Source of the DNA: Gemmatimonadaceae bacterium
GTDB lineage: Bacteria; Gemmatimonadota; Gemmatimonadetes; Gemmatimonadales; Gemmatimonadaceae
DNA: 64,000 nt
Assembly (NCBI GenBank): GCA_052387735.1
Contig: JBQTIW010000035.1
Coordinates: 24,626 to 88,625 of the forward strand
Direction: 5' to 3'
The notes beneath the pieces are model-generated. The model searched no databases. It was not told the origin of the DNA and saw nothing but the letters and a program-made list of their open reading frames with translations. A program made the position numbers and the translations under genes. Positions 63,130-64,000 of the stretch are shown one piece after another. Numbering within the stretch: position 1 is the first letter of the stretch; the number at the start of each line of letters is the position of its first letter.

Positions 63130-64000
63130 TTAGCGGCTGAACCGGACCTCGAACCGTCCGGAGTCGGTCTGCCCGTCGCCATGCATGGACTCGACGGTCG
63201 ACGCGTTCCGCGTCAACTCCACGCGTCCGCGGGCCCGGAGCTCGTTCACGTGCGTCAGCTCCACTCGCAACCGATCGCCCGACCCCGACCAGCGGCCCCG
63301 AAGGCGGACCGTCTGCCTGCGCCCTTCGAGCTGGATCGTCGCATCCCGATTCTGGTCCAGCGTCACCCGCATCCGATCGAATGACAGCGCGGGTCCGACA
63401 TCCTGCCGGAGCCAGCCGCTACCCCGATCATCGGACTCGAAACCGAAATCACGTCCCGAGCCCCAGTCCCAACCATCGCTGTCGCGACCACGAGACCGCC
63501 CATCGAAGTCCAGCTGCCAACTCCCGTTGCCGCTGCTCCCAGAGCCGTTGATCCGCTCCACTATGTCACGATCCCGCATCGTCACGACAATCTCACCCGA
63601 TCCGCCGTACCCGAACACGTCGGTGACACGCGCGATGACACGATTGTGACGGATGTTGGTGATCTCGGCGCGTAGCGTTCCTCGCGTGGGACGTTCGAAC
63701 TCGAGGCGCATGTCGCGGTTGGTACCGAGGTGAGCACGAACCGTGGTGAGACGTCCGTCGCGGATCCCGGACAGGCGAAGGAGTCCGTTCCCCTCTGTGA
63801 CGGCGTCGATGTCGCGATACAATCGGTTGCCGCGTCCCAGCTCGAAGTCGCCCCGACGATCGTCACGCGAGCCTTCCCACTCGTCGTTGCGCGCATCAGA
63901 GATCTCCGCACGGAACCTGCCATCGGCGGTGTGCCCCTCCAGGATGAGCCGCTCCGGAGTGCCGGCATTCGATCCATAGGAAAGGCTGCCGCTCCCACTC
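63130..64000 (-). CDS. hypothetical Arg/Asp/Gly-rich repeat protein; 5' end beyond the window
   Basis: The frame stays open from the track's TTG (63822) up to nt 64000 (...SGSGSLSYGSNAGTPERLILEGHTADGRFRAEISDARNDEWEGSRDDRRGDFELGRGNRLYRDIDAV...). Internal repeats (RAEI[ST][DN]..., R.ELT..N). Confidence 0.5.
   Translation of the reverse strand, partial: SGSGSLSYGSNAGTPERLILEGHTADGRFRAEISDARNDEWEGSRDDRRGDFELGRGNRLYRDIDAVTEGNGLLRLSGIRDGRLTTVRAHLGTNRDMRLEFERPTRGTLRAEITNIRHNRVIARVTDVFGYGGSGEIVVTMRDRDIVERINGSGSSGNGSWQLDFDGRSRGRDSDGWDWGSGRDFGFESDDRGSGWLRQDVGPALSFDRMRVTLDQNRDATIQLEGRRQTVRLRGRWSGSGDRLRVELTHVNELRARGRVELTRNASTVESMHGDGQTDSGRFEVRFSR

Noticed and set aside
1-64000. A search for CRISPR arrays, transposases or IS ends, integrases, toxin-antitoxin pairs, restriction-modification genes and known defence-system genes.
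   Set aside because: None of the translated ORFs shows the corresponding signatures. No regularly spaced direct repeats were seen. The only mobile-looking content is the small HTH/GH19 islet.

Overview
High-GC (roughly two-thirds G+C by eye) bacterial chromosomal segment. It is densely coding on both strands, with about 50 supportable genes. I found no rRNA, tRNA, CRISPR array, transposase or integrase. Most long ORFs in the track are GC-rich shadow frames of the real genes.

Gene content:
- a SusC/SusD pair
- a PadR regulator plus a duplicated FtsX-type 'ADOP' permease
- many exported peptidases: M14, M28, M19, an S41-like module and an HEXXH lipoprotein
- a TolB-propeller/amidohydrolase fusion and two further amidohydrolase paralogues
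- a GMC oxidoreductase with a Tat-exported small subunit
- chrB/chrA, two ArsR-family regulators, Fpg/Nei, HrpB, trpE-trpG and an acyl-CoA dehydrogenase

This content suggests a Gemmatimonadota/Acidobacteriota-like soil bacterium. That is inference only.

I could not identify a canonical defence or mobile system. The most interesting signals are at the DNA level:
1. The asymmetric heptamer CGTTAGG/CCTAACG occurs 34 times, in both orientations and in several reading frames. It often forces the rare TTA Leu codon.
2. A family of G-rich/C-rich, 7-nt-periodic inverted repeats with G-quadruplex-type run spacing sits at gene ends.
3. An unannotated 19-codon Trp-rich leader ORF (WRWW) lies upstream of trpE.
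4. A small lower-GC islet carries a phage-type HTH protein and a GH19/COG3179 lysozyme-like gene, next to a Zn-ribbon protein of unknown function.
5. A multiply frameshifted Vgb-like beta-propeller pseudogene is present.

All coordinates and motif counts come from manual reading and should be recomputed.
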